DNA of 64,000 bases from Desulfobacterales bacterium (GCA_027064715.1 JAMOPG010000233.1:1694-65693), one strand, 5' to 3'; positions 1 to 9,373 are shown, numbered from the stretch's first letter. The notes: a model not told the origin generated them from the sequence alone. Numbers and translations are program-made.

Positions 1-682
1 TAAAGAAAGTTTTGTAAAATATATTGAGGAGATGGATAGATTTTCTGATATAATTGAGATAGGTGTCCCATTTTCAGATCCTGTTGCTGATGGACCTGTT
101 GTGGAAAAGGCATCAAATATTGCACTAGAAAATGGGGTAAATCTTCCATGGATATTTGATACATTGAAATATTTAAAAGGAAGAGTTAAAAGTAAGATAG
201 TTCTTATGGGATATTGCAATCCTTTTTTTAAATATGGTTGGGAAAAGGTTGCAGAAGATGCTAAAGATGCAGGAGTTGTTGGAATAATAGTGGCAGATTT
301 GCCATTGGAAGAAAGTGATGAAATAAGAAAGATATTAAGGGCACATGACATAAACCTTATATACCTTGTAGGGCTTAATACATCAAATGAGAGAATGAAA
401 AGATATGCAGATGTATGTTCTGGTTTTGTATATTTTGTATCAGTATTAGGTACAACTGGAATGCGTGAAAAACTTCCAGATGAGTTAATAGACAAGATAA
501 AACAAGCACGTCAGATATTTTCAATACCAATTGCAATAGGTTTTGGTATTAAATCTCCAAAACAGATAGAAGATATTTATGAATTTATAGATGGAGTGGT
601 GTTTGGTAGTGCCTTGATAAACCATATTGATGAAAAAAAGGATGTAAAGGGCTTTTTTGAGTTGTGGAAAGGTTATATTTAA
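1..682 (+). CDS. trpA: Tryptophan synthase alpha chain, 5' end outside the window
   Basis: The reading frame is open from the window edge (KESFVKYIEE precedes the first Met). Translation contains IEIGVPFSDPVADGPV and IAIGFGIKSP, typical TrpA motifs. At 216 aa it is shorter than the usual ~260 aa. Confidence 0.9.
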   Translation, partial: KESFVKYIEEMDRFSDIIEIGVPFSDPVADGPVVEKASNIALENGVNLPWIFDTLKYLKGRVKSKIVLMGYCNPFFKYGWEKVAEDAKDAGVVGIIVADLPLEESDEIRKILRAHDINLIYLVGLNTSNERMKRYADVCSGFVYFVSVLGTTGMREKLPDELIDKIKQARQIFSIPIAIGFGIKSPKQIEDIYEFIDGVVFGSALINHIDEKKDVKGFFELWKGYI

Positions 683-905
683 TAAGAAGTAATAATTAAA
701 GAATTATAGAAAATAAAAGAAAAATATTTGGTGCTGTACCAAGGAATGAATATAATCAAGAAAGTAATATAGAGGTAGTGGTATAACAAAGATATCCTGA
801 TTTGTTTTTATTAGGTAGGATAAGTAGGTAAAAATTATTTCATGTGTTATTATTGAGTAAGTTTTATGAGGATTTATTAATAATCTTTTAAGAAGGGGGT
901 GTGGT

Positions 906-2639
906 ATGAATTCAACTATTTTAATAGTGTGTGGAGTGTTGTTGTATCTTATTTTATACCATACTTATGGCCGATATTTGAGAAAGGAGGTGGTGAGAGA
1001 ATCAGATATTGAGGTGCCTTCTAAGCGGCTTTATGATGGAGTGGATTTTGTTCCTGCCAACAGGTATGTGCTCTTTGGACACCATTTTGCCTCAATTGCA
1101 GGAGCTGCCCCAATTGTTGGGCCTGCTATTGCTCTTGCATGGGGATGGTTGCCCGCACTGTTGTGGGTATGGTTTGGAAACATTTTTATCGGAGCAGTCC
1201 ATGACTATCTTTCTCTCATGTCTTCAGTGCGCTACGATGGACATTCTATTCAATGGATTGCAGGTAGGGTAATCAGAAAAAGAACAGGTTATGTGTTTGC
1301 ATGGTTTATCTTCTTTGTTTTGATCCTGGTGGTAGCAGCATTTGCTGCGGTTCTTGGAAAACTTTATGTAAAACAGCCAGGTGTTCCAACTGCCTATATT
1401 TTCAAGATTTTGTCTGCGCTTTTTCTTGGCTACCTCCTCTATAAGGTAAAAATGGATTTCAGACTTGCTACCATTATTGGAATTATATTGCTAATAATAT
1501 CTATTATTTTGGGAGACAAATTTCCTTTGCCTGCTAGTTATCAGACATGGATGGTGGTTTTCTTTATATACATCATTGTAGCTGCTTCAATTCCAGTGCA
1601 TGTACTCCTTCAGCCAAGGGATTATTTAAATGCATGGCTGCTGGTAGGAGGGCTTATTATAGGGGCTATATCATTAGTAGCTGCATTATCTCCTGTGAAG
1701 ATTCCTGCTATTACTATGTATAGTGCCCCTATAATAGCAGGAAAACCCACTCCATTTTGGCCAGTGATTCCACTTATTGTTGCATGCGGATCACTTTCAG
1801 GTTTTCACGCAATTGTGGCATCAGGGACCACTTCTAAACAACTCTCATCTGAAAAAGATGGCCTGTTTATTGGCTATGGAGGTATGCTTACAGAGGGATT
1901 TTTATCAACTATAGTTATAGCTGCTATAAGTACTTTTGGACTATCAGTAGTGCCTCCAGAAAAAGCTTCTCTTTTAACTGGCAGTGCTGCTGATTTTGCC
2001 AAAAATTATATTGGGATAGCAAAATCTGTGGGAGGGCCTATTGGGATTTTCTCAAAATCATATGCAGAAGTAGCCAATTCTGTACTCCATTTGCCCAAAA
2101 GTTTTTTAGTAATACTGGCATCCATGTGGGTTGGTTCTTTTGCCATGACCACATTGGATACCACAAATCGTCTTGCCCGTTACACATTTGTAGAAATCTT
2201 TGAACCCATTAAAGAAAAATTCCCAGGATTTTTTAACTTTATTACCAATCGCTGGGTTGCTTCTGCGATCCCAGCCTTAATTGGCATTGGTCTGGCCTGG
2301 AGTGGGGCATGGACCATGTTATGGCCTGCATTTGGTGGCGCAAATCAAATGCTAGCATCCATTGCACTTATGACTGGAGCAGCATGGGTAATAAGGGTTC
2401 AAAGGTCAAAGGGAATAAATGTGCTTATTCCTGCTTTATTTCTCTGGGTAACAGTATCCCTTGCTATGGTGTGGTATCTGATTATAGCCGTGCCTACATT
2501 CTATGCCAAGAACCCTGTTCAAGCTATTATTTTAGGAGCAATTGCTGTGATCATGTTGACATTAAATCTTCTATTGATATACGACTATTTTAAACCTGAA
2601 AAAAATCTTGAAACAAAGCTCCAAGCACATAAGGTGTAA
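906..2639 (+). CDS. cstA: Carbon starvation protein A family transporter
   Basis: 577-aa polytopic membrane protein. HFASIAGAAPIVGPAIALAWGWLPALLWVWFGNIFIGAVHDY matches the CstA family signature region. An RBS-like GGGGGTG lies upstream. Confidence 0.9.
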   Translation: MNSTILIVCGVLLYLILYHTYGRYLRKEVVRESDIEVPSKRLYDGVDFVPANRYVLFGHHFASIAGAAPIVGPAIALAWGWLPALLWVWFGNIFIGAVHDYLSLMSSVRYDGHSIQWIAGRVIRKRTGYVFAWFIFFVLILVVAAFAAVLGKLYVKQPGVPTAYIFKILSALFLGYLLYKVKMDFRLATIIGIILLIISIILGDKFPLPASYQTWMVVFFIYIIVAASIPVHVLLQPRDYLNAWLLVGGLIIGAISLVAALSPVKIPAITMYSAPIIAGKPTPFWPVIPLIVACGSLSGFHAIVASGTTSKQLSSEKDGLFIGYGGMLTEGFLSTIVIAAISTFGLSVVPPEKASLLTGSAADFAKNYIGIAKSVGGPIGIFSKSYAEVANSVLHLPKSFLVILASMWVGSFAMTTLDTTNRLARYTFVEIFEPIKEKFPGFFNFITNRWVASAIPALIGIGLAWSGAWTMLWPAFGGANQMLASIALMTGAAWVIRVQRSKGINVLIPALFLWVTVSLAMVWYLIIAVPTFYAKNPVQAIILGAIAVIMLTLNLLLIYDYFKPEKNLETKLQAHKV

Positions 2640-2645
2640 GATATC

Positions 2646-2915
2646 ATGTTAAAAAAAATAAAAGAGAGTTTCTTGCTTTTTTCAAAAGGATTTCGAGATA
2701 TAAGCATCCGTGCCATTGAGGCTGAACTCAAGGAGCTGGAAAATGTTTTTGCCCTGATATTGATGGGGGCACTCACAGGCATGCCTGCGCCCCCATCATA
2801 CCTTGGGATAAAACTTCTCCCTTTTATGGAACGGGAACTAAGAATAATGATATGCCGTTCAGAGGCCTTAGGTGATATTTTTGCTGATTGGTTTGATATT
2901 TTGGATTTTGGATAA
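2646..2915 (+). CDS. Hypothetical 89-aa protein, translationally coupled to the ArsA-like gene
   Basis: The ORF starts 6 nt after the cstA stop, and its stop overlaps the next start (TAATG at 2913-2917). I recognise no family. It is not the YbdD/YjiX-type small protein usually found after cstA. Confidence 0.5.
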   Translation: MLKKIKESFLLFSKGFRDISIRAIEAELKELENVFALILMGALTGMPAPPSYLGIKLLPFMERELRIMICRSEALGDIFADWFDILDFG

Positions 2916-3850
2916 TGAAAAAACTCTTCTTTTTTTTGGGAAAAGGTGGTGTTGGCAAAACTACCCTTGCGGGAAGCCTTGCTGTATATCTTTCAAAGTG
3001 TCTGAGCAAGGTCTTTATTGCTTCTATTGATCCTGCCCACAATCTTTTTGATTTTTTAGGGGTTTCTGCCAAGTCTGGTCCAATAGAAATATCAGATAAC
3101 TTTATAGCAGAAGAAATTGATGTGGATCTGTATGTGAAAAAGCTCCTCAAAGAGTCAACTCAAAAGATGAAAAAAAACTATCATTATCTGCAAATGATCA
3201 ACCTTGAAAATATGTTTGATGTACTAAAACATTCTCCTGGAATGGAAGAATATGCAATGCTTTGTGCACTTGAAGAACTTATAGATACCTGGAAATCGCA
3301 GGTAGATTACATTGTGATTGATACGCCCCCTACTGGCCTTATGCTGAAAATATTCTTTTTACCCAAGACAACGCTCTTATGGATAGAGAAACTAAAAAAG
3401 TTCAGAAAAAAGATCTTAGAGAGGAGATCCCAACTTGTTCACATCAAAGGAAAACAAGGTGTTGGTGAAGATGTGGCCTGTTGTGAGGAAGAGGATAGGG
3501 TTTTTAAAGAGCTTGAAAATCAGGAGAAAAGGTCAAAAGAAATTTTAGATATATTTTCTAACCCAGAGATCTGTAAAAAGATATTGGTGGTTAACTATGA
3601 TGAACTCTCCTTAAGGGAAGGAATAAAGATAATCAATGAGCTGGCACAAATAGATATTTCAATAGATTTGCTGGTATGCAATAAAAAGGGAATAACGGAC
3701 TCCATATTATCTGACAATGATGTGGAAAATATAGTTGATAAATTCAAAAGCATCAAAAAAGTGGAAATACCTTTTTATAGGGATTATGTTACACCCAGGA
3801 ACAAGATGATAGAAATTGGAAAAGCATTTGTAAAAGAACTTTTATGTTAA
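2915..3850 (+). CDS. ArsA/Get3-family P-loop ATPase (single-domain)
   Basis: Deviant Walker A GKGGVGKTT. SIDPAHNLFDFLG resembles the ArsA STDPAHS motif, and IDTPPTGLMLKIFFLP resembles the DTAPTGHTLRLL switch II, with Leu in place of His. Confidence 0.8.
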   Translation: MKKLFFFLGKGGVGKTTLAGSLAVYLSKCLSKVFIASIDPAHNLFDFLGVSAKSGPIEISDNFIAEEIDVDLYVKKLLKESTQKMKKNYHYLQMINLENMFDVLKHSPGMEEYAMLCALEELIDTWKSQVDYIVIDTPPTGLMLKIFFLPKTTLLWIEKLKKFRKKILERRSQLVHIKGKQGVGEDVACCEEEDRVFKELENQEKRSKEILDIFSNPEICKKILVVNYDELSLREGIKIINELAQIDISIDLLVCNKKGITDSILSDNDVENIVDKFKSIKKVEIPFYRDYVTPRNKMIEIGKAFVKELLC

Positions 3851-4491
3851 ATATAGCGATTTCTAGTTGGGAATTTCCTATTTTTTTGGGTCTATCTATA
3901 GTTATTGTTGTTCTCTATTATATTGGATATAAAAAGAATATTAAGGCTATAGAAGATGTTTCAAAATCCTTAGAAAAAGGACTAAATCCAGAGGATAAGG
4001 AATACATATGGCTCGGTGGGACTTTAGGATTTACAGGAAATTTTTATGTAAAAGGTTTTAAAAAGATATCTGCCTCTGTGTTTATGTTGCCTAGACAAAG
4101 TATCCTTTATTATCCTTTTTCTTTGATTACTACTGGATACGATAGAGTAGAGGTACTATTTTTTTTAAAAGAAAAAATAGAGAATGAAGTACATATAATA
4201 AGACAAGTAATTCCTTCTTATAGGATGCCAAAAATATTTAACATAAATCTTTTGCACAAGAAAAAGTTAAAGATAAATAACAGGTCCTTTATATTGATGT
4301 ATAAAAATAAAACAGAAGATATTAAAGTTATTTTGTCTCTTGCACAGGCCCTTGAACACTTGGGAGTTATGCATATCGCCCTCACTCCAGATAACAGTGT
4401 TTTCTATATAAAACTTAAGGTAAGTCTTAATTCAATTGACAACATAGAAAAGGCCATGAAAAAATGCATAAACTATGTTGGTAAAAATTAA
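3844..4491 (+). CDS. Hypothetical protein with an N-terminal transmembrane anchor
   Basis: The start overlaps the ArsA-like stop by 7 nt. There is one N-terminal hydrophobic helix (FPIFLGLSIVIVVLYYIGY). No recognisable family. Confidence 0.5.
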   Translation: MLNIAISSWEFPIFLGLSIVIVVLYYIGYKKNIKAIEDVSKSLEKGLNPEDKEYIWLGGTLGFTGNFYVKGFKKISASVFMLPRQSILYYPFSLITTGYDRVEVLFFLKEKIENEVHIIRQVIPSYRMPKIFNINLLHKKKLKINNRSFILMYKNKTEDIKVILSLAQALEHLGVMHIALTPDNSVFYIKLKVSLNSIDNIEKAMKKCINYVGKN

Positions 4492-4514
4492 ATGGATGTA
4501 AAAGCATTTTTCAT

Positions 4515-4559
4515 CTAATATCTAATATCTTTTCAATTTTTCAACCATATCAACCATAT
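4515..4559. repeat. Two short tandem repeats: TCTAATA x2.4 and CAACCATAT x2
   Basis: Read directly: tctaatatctaatatct (4515-4531) and caaccatatcaaccatat (4542-4559), in the 5' region of the antiporter gene. Confidence 0.6.
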
Positions 4560-4592
4560 TGGAAAGTGTTTCATACACATAGGAGAATTTGA

Positions 4593-5561
4593 ATGATCCT
4601 CTATTTGACTGCTCTAATTATTGGTATAGCAGGGCTTACATGGGGAGCTGATAAGTTCGTAGAAGGGGCTTCTGAATTTGCAAGGCATATAGGTGTTTCT
4701 CCCATTGTTATTGGTCTGACAATTGTCTCTTTTGGTACATCACTTCCAGAACTACTTACCACTGTAACTGCAACATTTTTAGGGCATCCAGATGTAGCTG
4801 TGGGTAACGTGGTTGGAAGCAATTTAGCAAATATAGGGCTTATTTTAGGTGTTGCCTCTTTGTTTAGACCTCTTACCATTCATTCATCTTTGCTCAACCG
4901 TGAATATCTGTTTTTACTCTTGGTCTCTTTAGTTACCTGGCTTATGGCAAGGGATTTTGTTTTTAGCAGAGTTGAAGGAATAGTCTTGCTTGTGGGAATG
5001 GCATTTTTTATATGGTGGATGAGACAATTTAGCAAGCAGGGAACTCCAAATGAATTACTCAAAGATGTTGCTATAGAAAAAGAATCTATAAAAGATAAAA
5101 ATATCTCTAAGCCAATTTTTTTCTTAATCATGGGATTGGTAAGCCTTACTGTGGGAAGTCGTTTGCTGGTTTGGGGTGGGGTAGGATGTGCACGCAAACT
5201 TGGAGTAAATGAACTGGTAATTGGACTCACACTTATAGCATTTGGAACAAGTCTTCCAGAATTGGCCACATCTATTGCAGGGGCAATAAAAAAAGAAGAT
5301 GACATTGCTGTGGGGAATATTATTGGATCAAATATCTTTAATCTGCTGGCGATCTTGGGAATACCAGCAACTATTACGCCTATCAAGGTTTCTCCAGATG
5401 TTTTTTATAGGGATTTTCCAGTTATGTTACTTGCTACTTTTGTGCTTTGGCCCATATGTCGTTCATGGAAAAAGGGAAAATTAGGTAGAGTAAATCGCAT
5501 AGAAGGTGGTGCCCTTGTTCTGGGATATATTATTTACATAGTCTATCTTTTTTATAAGTAA
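4593..5561 (+). CDS. Ca2+/Na+ antiporter, CaCA family (YrbG-like)
   Basis: Two internal alpha-repeats, GTSLPELLTTV and GTSLPELATSI, each followed by GNVVGSN / GNIIGSN. About 10 TM segments. Confidence 0.85.
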   Translation: MILYLTALIIGIAGLTWGADKFVEGASEFARHIGVSPIVIGLTIVSFGTSLPELLTTVTATFLGHPDVAVGNVVGSNLANIGLILGVASLFRPLTIHSSLLNREYLFLLLVSLVTWLMARDFVFSRVEGIVLLVGMAFFIWWMRQFSKQGTPNELLKDVAIEKESIKDKNISKPIFFLIMGLVSLTVGSRLLVWGGVGCARKLGVNELVIGLTLIAFGTSLPELATSIAGAIKKEDDIAVGNIIGSNIFNLLAILGIPATITPIKVSPDVFYRDFPVMLLATFVLWPICRSWKKGKLGRVNRIEGGALVLGYIIYIVYLFYK

Positions 5562-5574
5562 AAGGCTCTGGCCA

Positions 5575-5781
5575 ATGAAAAAGATAGTTAGAATCGCAGC
5601 TGGAATTTTTTTGATTTTGCTTGGAATTGTGGGACTTTTTTTGCCTGTTTTACAGGGGATTTTATTCATTGCAATGGGGCTTTTTTTATTGCAAAAAGAA
5701 ATACCGTACGTTTCTCGTTTGCTGAATAAATTGGTAAAACGCTATCCTTCTCTTGGGCGTTATATAAAAAGAGATAGATAG
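5575..5781 (+). CDS. Small two-TM membrane protein (YbaN/DUF454-like?)
   Basis: 68 aa with hydrophobic IAAGIFLILLGIVGLFLPVLQGILFIAMGLFLL. The family assignment is tentative. Confidence 0.4.
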   Translation: MKKIVRIAAGIFLILLGIVGLFLPVLQGILFIAMGLFLLQKEIPYVSRLLNKLVKRYPSLGRYIKRDR

Positions 5782-5811
5782 ATCTTTTAGTTAATGCAAC
5801 ATATAAAAAAC

Positions 5812-5845
5812 AAAAAGGCGACCTGGTCCAAGTCGCCTTTTGTTT
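5812..5845 (+). terminator. Rho-independent terminator
   Basis: Stem AAAAGGCGAC (5813-5822) pairs with GTCGCCTTTT (5832-5841), 9-nt loop, followed by TGTTT. Confidence 0.7.
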
Positions 5846-6144
5846 AACCCATCTTTAAAAAAATTAGACCTTCTGTTGCCCTAGTTGCCATATTTTTTAA
5901 TCAACTTAAAAAATATCAATAAAATTTTTACACAAAACTGTTGACACAACCGTGAACTATTACAAAGTTATTCAGATTTTCTAAGTAGACAAGCACAAAC
6001 ATTTTTTATTAAAACAACATTTGATAATCAATACGAATGTGTAGATTAGAAGATTCCCTTGGCAGTGTGTGTGGATCAAAATATCCTTCTACTATAAAGA
6101 TCCAGTGTGTTATATAATTTTTGAAAAAAATAGTTAATCTCTAG

Positions 6145-6483
6145 ATGGAGTATTTCATGCTTAAGCCAAAAGATATAAAGAAGATTCCCTTATTTGAAAG
6201 AATGTCAGATGACATTTTAAAAGAATTGATACAGGGAATGGTCATTAAAAATTTTAAGAAAGGGGAGGTCCTATTTTATAAAGGAGATGTGGGGGATGCT
6301 TTATACATAGTTCATTCTGGTAAAATCAAAATGTCAATACCAACAGAAGAGGGCGAAGAACTAATTGTTTCTATATTTTCAGATGGGGATTTTTTTGGTG
6401 AGCTTTCATTACTTGATGGATCTCCTAGATCTGCAGATGCCGTTGCATTAGAGGATACAATATTATTAAATTTAATTTCGTAG
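6145..6483 (+). CDS. Cyclic-nucleotide-binding domain protein, C-terminally truncated (possible pseudogene)
   Basis: Crp/cNMP-type fold motifs (LFYKGDVGDALYIVHSGKIK, FFGELSLLDGSPRSADAVA). It ends at tandem in-frame stops TAG TGA, before the usual C-helix. Confidence 0.6.
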   Translation: MEYFMLKPKDIKKIPLFERMSDDILKELIQGMVIKNFKKGEVLFYKGDVGDALYIVHSGKIKMSIPTEEGEELIVSIFSDGDFFGELSLLDGSPRSADAVALEDTILLNLIS

Positions 6484-6492
6484 TGAGATAGA

Positions 6493-6718
6493 TGTGAGGC
6501 ATGTGCAAACACAGAATATGCTGGAAGAACAGCTATTCATGAACTCTTGGTTGCAACTCCTAAAAATAAAAAAACTTATTGTTGAAGGGAAACCAGTTGA
6601 GGAGATATTAAAGGTTGGTCTATCAGAGGGTATGCGTATATTAAAACAAGATGGAATTTATAAGGTTTTTAAAGGATATACTGATTTTAAGAGTGTTTTG
6701 AGGGTGTGCATTGTTTAA
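6493..6718 (+). pseudogene. C-terminal remnant of a GspE/PilB-type secretion ATPase, frameshifted
   Basis: In the same frame as the cNMP ORF, the sequence reads CEACANTEYAGRTAIHELL (CxxC...GYxGR-type zinc region). After a frameshift in the A-run at about 6562-6574 it continues KLIVEGKPVEEILKVGLSEGMRILKQDGIYKVFKGYTDFKSVLRV, a typical GspE C-terminus. Confidence 0.65.
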
Positions 6719-6745
6719 TGTAAAGGTTATCAAAAGGAATTTTAT

Positions 6746-7450
6746 ATGCAACATATTCCAATTGAAAAAAGGATTATCTTTGCCCTTGATGTAAATACAA
6801 AAGAAGAAGTTGAAAAATGGTTAAATAGATTAGGAAGTTATATTAAATTTTATAAAGTTGGACTAGAACTTTTTGTCTCCCTGGGATTTGAAGTTGTGGA
6901 CATGATTTCAGATAGAGGATTTGAGGTAATGTTGGACTTAAAACTCTATGATATACCCAAAACTGTGGAACGGACTGTAAAACAAATCAGGAAAAGAAGA
7001 GTGAGTTTTTTAACTGTTCACGGAAACTATGATATCTTAAGGGCTGCAGTGGATGGAGCAGGGGATAGTAATTTAAAAATATTAGGGGTTACAGTGCTTA
7101 CATCTTTCGATGAAAAAGATTTAAAAGAGTTGGGATATAATGTAGCAGTTGAGGAGTTAGTGTTAAACAGGGCACGGCTTACATACAGGGCAGGGTGTGC
7201 TGGTGTTGTAGCCTCTGCCCATGAAGCCAAACTTATAAAAAGTAAAATCCCTGATTTAACTATAGTTACCCCAGGGATTCGAGTTGAGGTTTCAAAAAAA
7301 CAAGATCAAAAAAGGGTAATGACTCCACCAAAGGCAATTGAGATGGGTTCAGATTATCTGGTAATTGGTCGTGCCATTAGAGATAGTGATGAACCAGAAG
7401 TTGTTACAGAAAAAATAATTTCAGAAATCAAGTATTCTTTAAAAAAATAA
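6746..7450 (+). CDS. pyrF: Orotidine 5'-phosphate decarboxylase
   Basis: IFALDV, DLKLYDIPKTV, TVHG, VTPGIR and LVIGRAI motifs. Confidence 0.9.
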   Translation: MQHIPIEKRIIFALDVNTKEEVEKWLNRLGSYIKFYKVGLELFVSLGFEVVDMISDRGFEVMLDLKLYDIPKTVERTVKQIRKRRVSFLTVHGNYDILRAAVDGAGDSNLKILGVTVLTSFDEKDLKELGYNVAVEELVLNRARLTYRAGCAGVVASAHEAKLIKSKIPDLTIVTPGIRVEVSKKQDQKRVMTPPKAIEMGSDYLVIGRAIRDSDEPEVVTEKIISEIKYSLKK

Positions 7451-7479
7451 TTGACACAGAATGGCTTTGAGATTAAATT
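7451..7479 (+). promoter_or_regulatory. Candidate sigma-70 promoter
   Basis: TTGACA (7451-7456), 17-nt spacer, TAAATT (7474-7479), about 45 nt upstream of the 7526 start. Confidence 0.3.
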
Positions 7480-7525
7480 TTTAATAAAAAGAATTTTAAC
7501 ATTAACTTTAATTTAGGAGGACGCC

Positions 7526-7876
7526 ATGAATGTAATTGCTGGCGTTAATGCATTAAGAGCATATGATATAAGACAACAGGTAAATGCCCATAATGTGGCA
7601 AATGTAAATACTGATGGTTTCAAGCCATCTCGCGTCACATTGGAAGAGTTGCAGAATCAAAATGGAAGTAGGATTCAGGAGATAAAAAAGGAAGATAACG
7701 ATTTGAGGGCTGCCAGCACTATAGAGAATGAAAGAGAACAAAAAAGACCAAGTGAAACAGATTTGACACAAGAATTTACCCAGATGATTGAAAACAAAAA
7801 TGCTTACAATGCAAATGCCCAGGCCATCAGAGTGAATGAGCAGATGAGTGGTGAGATAATTAACAAATTGGCCTAA
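7526..7876 (+). CDS. Short flagellar basal-body rod family protein (FlgB/FlgC-like ends)
   Basis: The N-terminal NVANVNTDGFKPSRV resembles the rod-protein signature N-I-A-N-x-N-T-x-G-[FY]-K. The C-terminal EFTQMIENKNAYNANAQAIRVNEQM resembles the rod C-terminal helix. Strong RBS AGGAGG. Confidence 0.6.
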   Translation: MNVIAGVNALRAYDIRQQVNAHNVANVNTDGFKPSRVTLEELQNQNGSRIQEIKKEDNDLRAASTIENEREQKRPSETDLTQEFTQMIENKNAYNANAQAIRVNEQMSGEIINKLA

Positions 7877-8544
7877 ATATAATCTTCCCTGATGGTTGAG
7901 AGCAGTTCCACAATGAATCTAGCAGTTATTCCCCAAATAGTGTAAATATGATGTTTAAAAACATACACATCATAGCAAACAGAGGGCCAGCAGTTATTAT
8001 AAATAGGGGGAAGACCTAATTTGTCAATAGGGAGAGTTTCAATCTTCTCTCCATTTTCATTTATATAATATGGCTTCATTTCCACTACCACTTGATATTG
8101 TGCAGGTGGATTATTTTCAAACCAGGTTACTGGAAGAGTAAATATTTTAGCCACTTCATTTTTATCAATCTGAAAGTCATCTAACGAATTAACATGTAAC
8201 TCTCCCACAAAACTTTCTATTATAATCCCTCTTGGAGAAACAAAGGTGTCAAGTCTACCAATTATTTCAATTTTGTCTTTTGAGATGCCAATTTCTTCTT
8301 CTGTCTCTCGAAGTGCTGCTTCTAGACAACTACTATCTTCTTTTGGTTCAAATTTTCCTCCAGGAAAACTGATTTCTCCACCCTGTCTGATCCTTTTAGC
8401 CCTTTTTTCAAATAAAAAATAATATTCATCTTTAAAAAAAATAAGAGGTATCAATACAGCAGCATTAAAATATTTTTCCCTTCCCATGATATCTGGTCTT
8501 GAGGGAAGGGCATTTTTTAGAATAATTAGATCTTTTTTATCCAT
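7873..8544 (-). CDS. NUDIX hydrolase (CoA pyrophosphatase-like)
   Basis: NUDIX box [26 protein letters not shown]. Confidence 0.75.
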   Translation of the reverse strand: MDKKDLIILKNALPSRPDIMGREKYFNAAVLIPLIFFKDEYYFLFEKRAKRIRQGGEISFPGGKFEPKEDSSCLEAALRETEEEIGISKDKIEIIGRLDTFVSPRGIIIESFVGELHVNSLDDFQIDKNEVAKIFTLPVTWFENNPPAQYQVVVEMKPYYINENGEKIETLPIDKLGLPPIYNNCWPSVCYDVYVFKHHIYTIWGITARFIVELLSTIREDYI

Positions 8545-9373
8545 TTTTCAGTTTTTCCAGTTCTTGTTTTGGGATTGTAAAAGAGTGTTTTTCTGAAGGA
8601 AATTCTCCATTTTCAACCTCTTGTTTAAAGTTTTTTATAGCTGATTCAATCTCTTTTGAGATATTTGCATATCTTTTTACAAATTTTGGCACAAACTTGT
8701 CAAAAAGCCCAACTAGATCATGGAACACCAATACCTGCCCATCGCAATGTTTCCCTGCCCCTATCCCAATTGTTGGAACTGGACATTTTTCTGTAATAAT
8801 CTCTGCTATCTCCATTGGAATTGCTTCTAAGACTATACTAAAACATCCAGCTTCTGCAAGTGCATATGCATCATCCACTAGCCTTTTGGCAGCTTCAGCA
8901 CTTTTGCCTTGGACTTTAAAACCTCCAAGTTGAGCTACACTTTGTGGGGTTAGACCAAGATGACCTTGCACAGGTATTCCTGCGTTCACAATTGCCTTTA
9001 TCTGAGGTATTACCTGTGCCCCACCTTCTAATTTTATAGCCTGTGCCCCACCTTCTTTTAAAAATCTCCCTGCATTTAACACAGCCTGTTCCACACTTGC
9101 CTGATAAGACATAAAAGGCATATCTCCAATCACCACAGCTCTCTTAACAGCAGAGGTAACTGCCTTTGTATGATGAATCATCTGATCCATTGTAACAGCA
9201 AGGGTATCTTTATGCCCAAGCACCACCATTGCAAGGGAATCTCCAACTAAGATCATATCTATACCACACCTGTCCACTAAAAGTGCAGTAGGGTAGTCAT
9301 AGGCAGTCAGCATTGTAAGCTTTCTTTGTCCCTTTGCAGCCATGATATCAGGTATAGTTAAAGGCTTATCCAT
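8537..9373 (-). CDS. panB: 3-methyl-2-oxobutanoate hydroxymethyltransferase
   Basis: [13 protein letters not shown] and [32 protein letters not shown] are typical PanB sequences. Confidence 0.92.
   Translation of the reverse strand: MDKPLTIPDIMAAKGQRKLTMLTAYDYPTALLVDRCGIDMILVGDSLAMVVLGHKDTLAVTMDQMIHHTKAVTSAVKRAVVIGDMPFMSYQASVEQAVLNAGRFLKEGGAQAIKLEGGAQVIPQIKAIVNAGIPVQGHLGLTPQSVAQLGGFKVQGKSAEAAKRLVDDAYALAEAGCFSIVLEAIPMEIAEIITEKCPVPTIGIGAGKHCDGQVLVFHDLVGLFDKFVPKFVKRYANISKEIESAIKNFKQEVENGEFPSEKHSFTIPKQELEKLKNG

Noticed and set aside
765-785. TTGGT-gctgt-ACCAA palindrome upstream of cstA, which also looks superficially like a -24 element (TGGTGC).
   Set aside because: There is no GC at the -12 position with correct spacing, so it is not a sigma-54 promoter. 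A 5-bp palindrome alone is too weak to call a regulator site.
1009-1272. 87-aa ORF and many similar 60-170 aa ORFs in the track (for example 2309-2593, 4601-4879, 4880-5386, 8697-8933, 27638-28270, 33091-34195, 43746-45801, 60511-60942).
   Set aside because: All lie inside, or antisense to, long genes with clear family signatures. They have low-complexity translations and no RBS, so I treat them as shadow ORFs.
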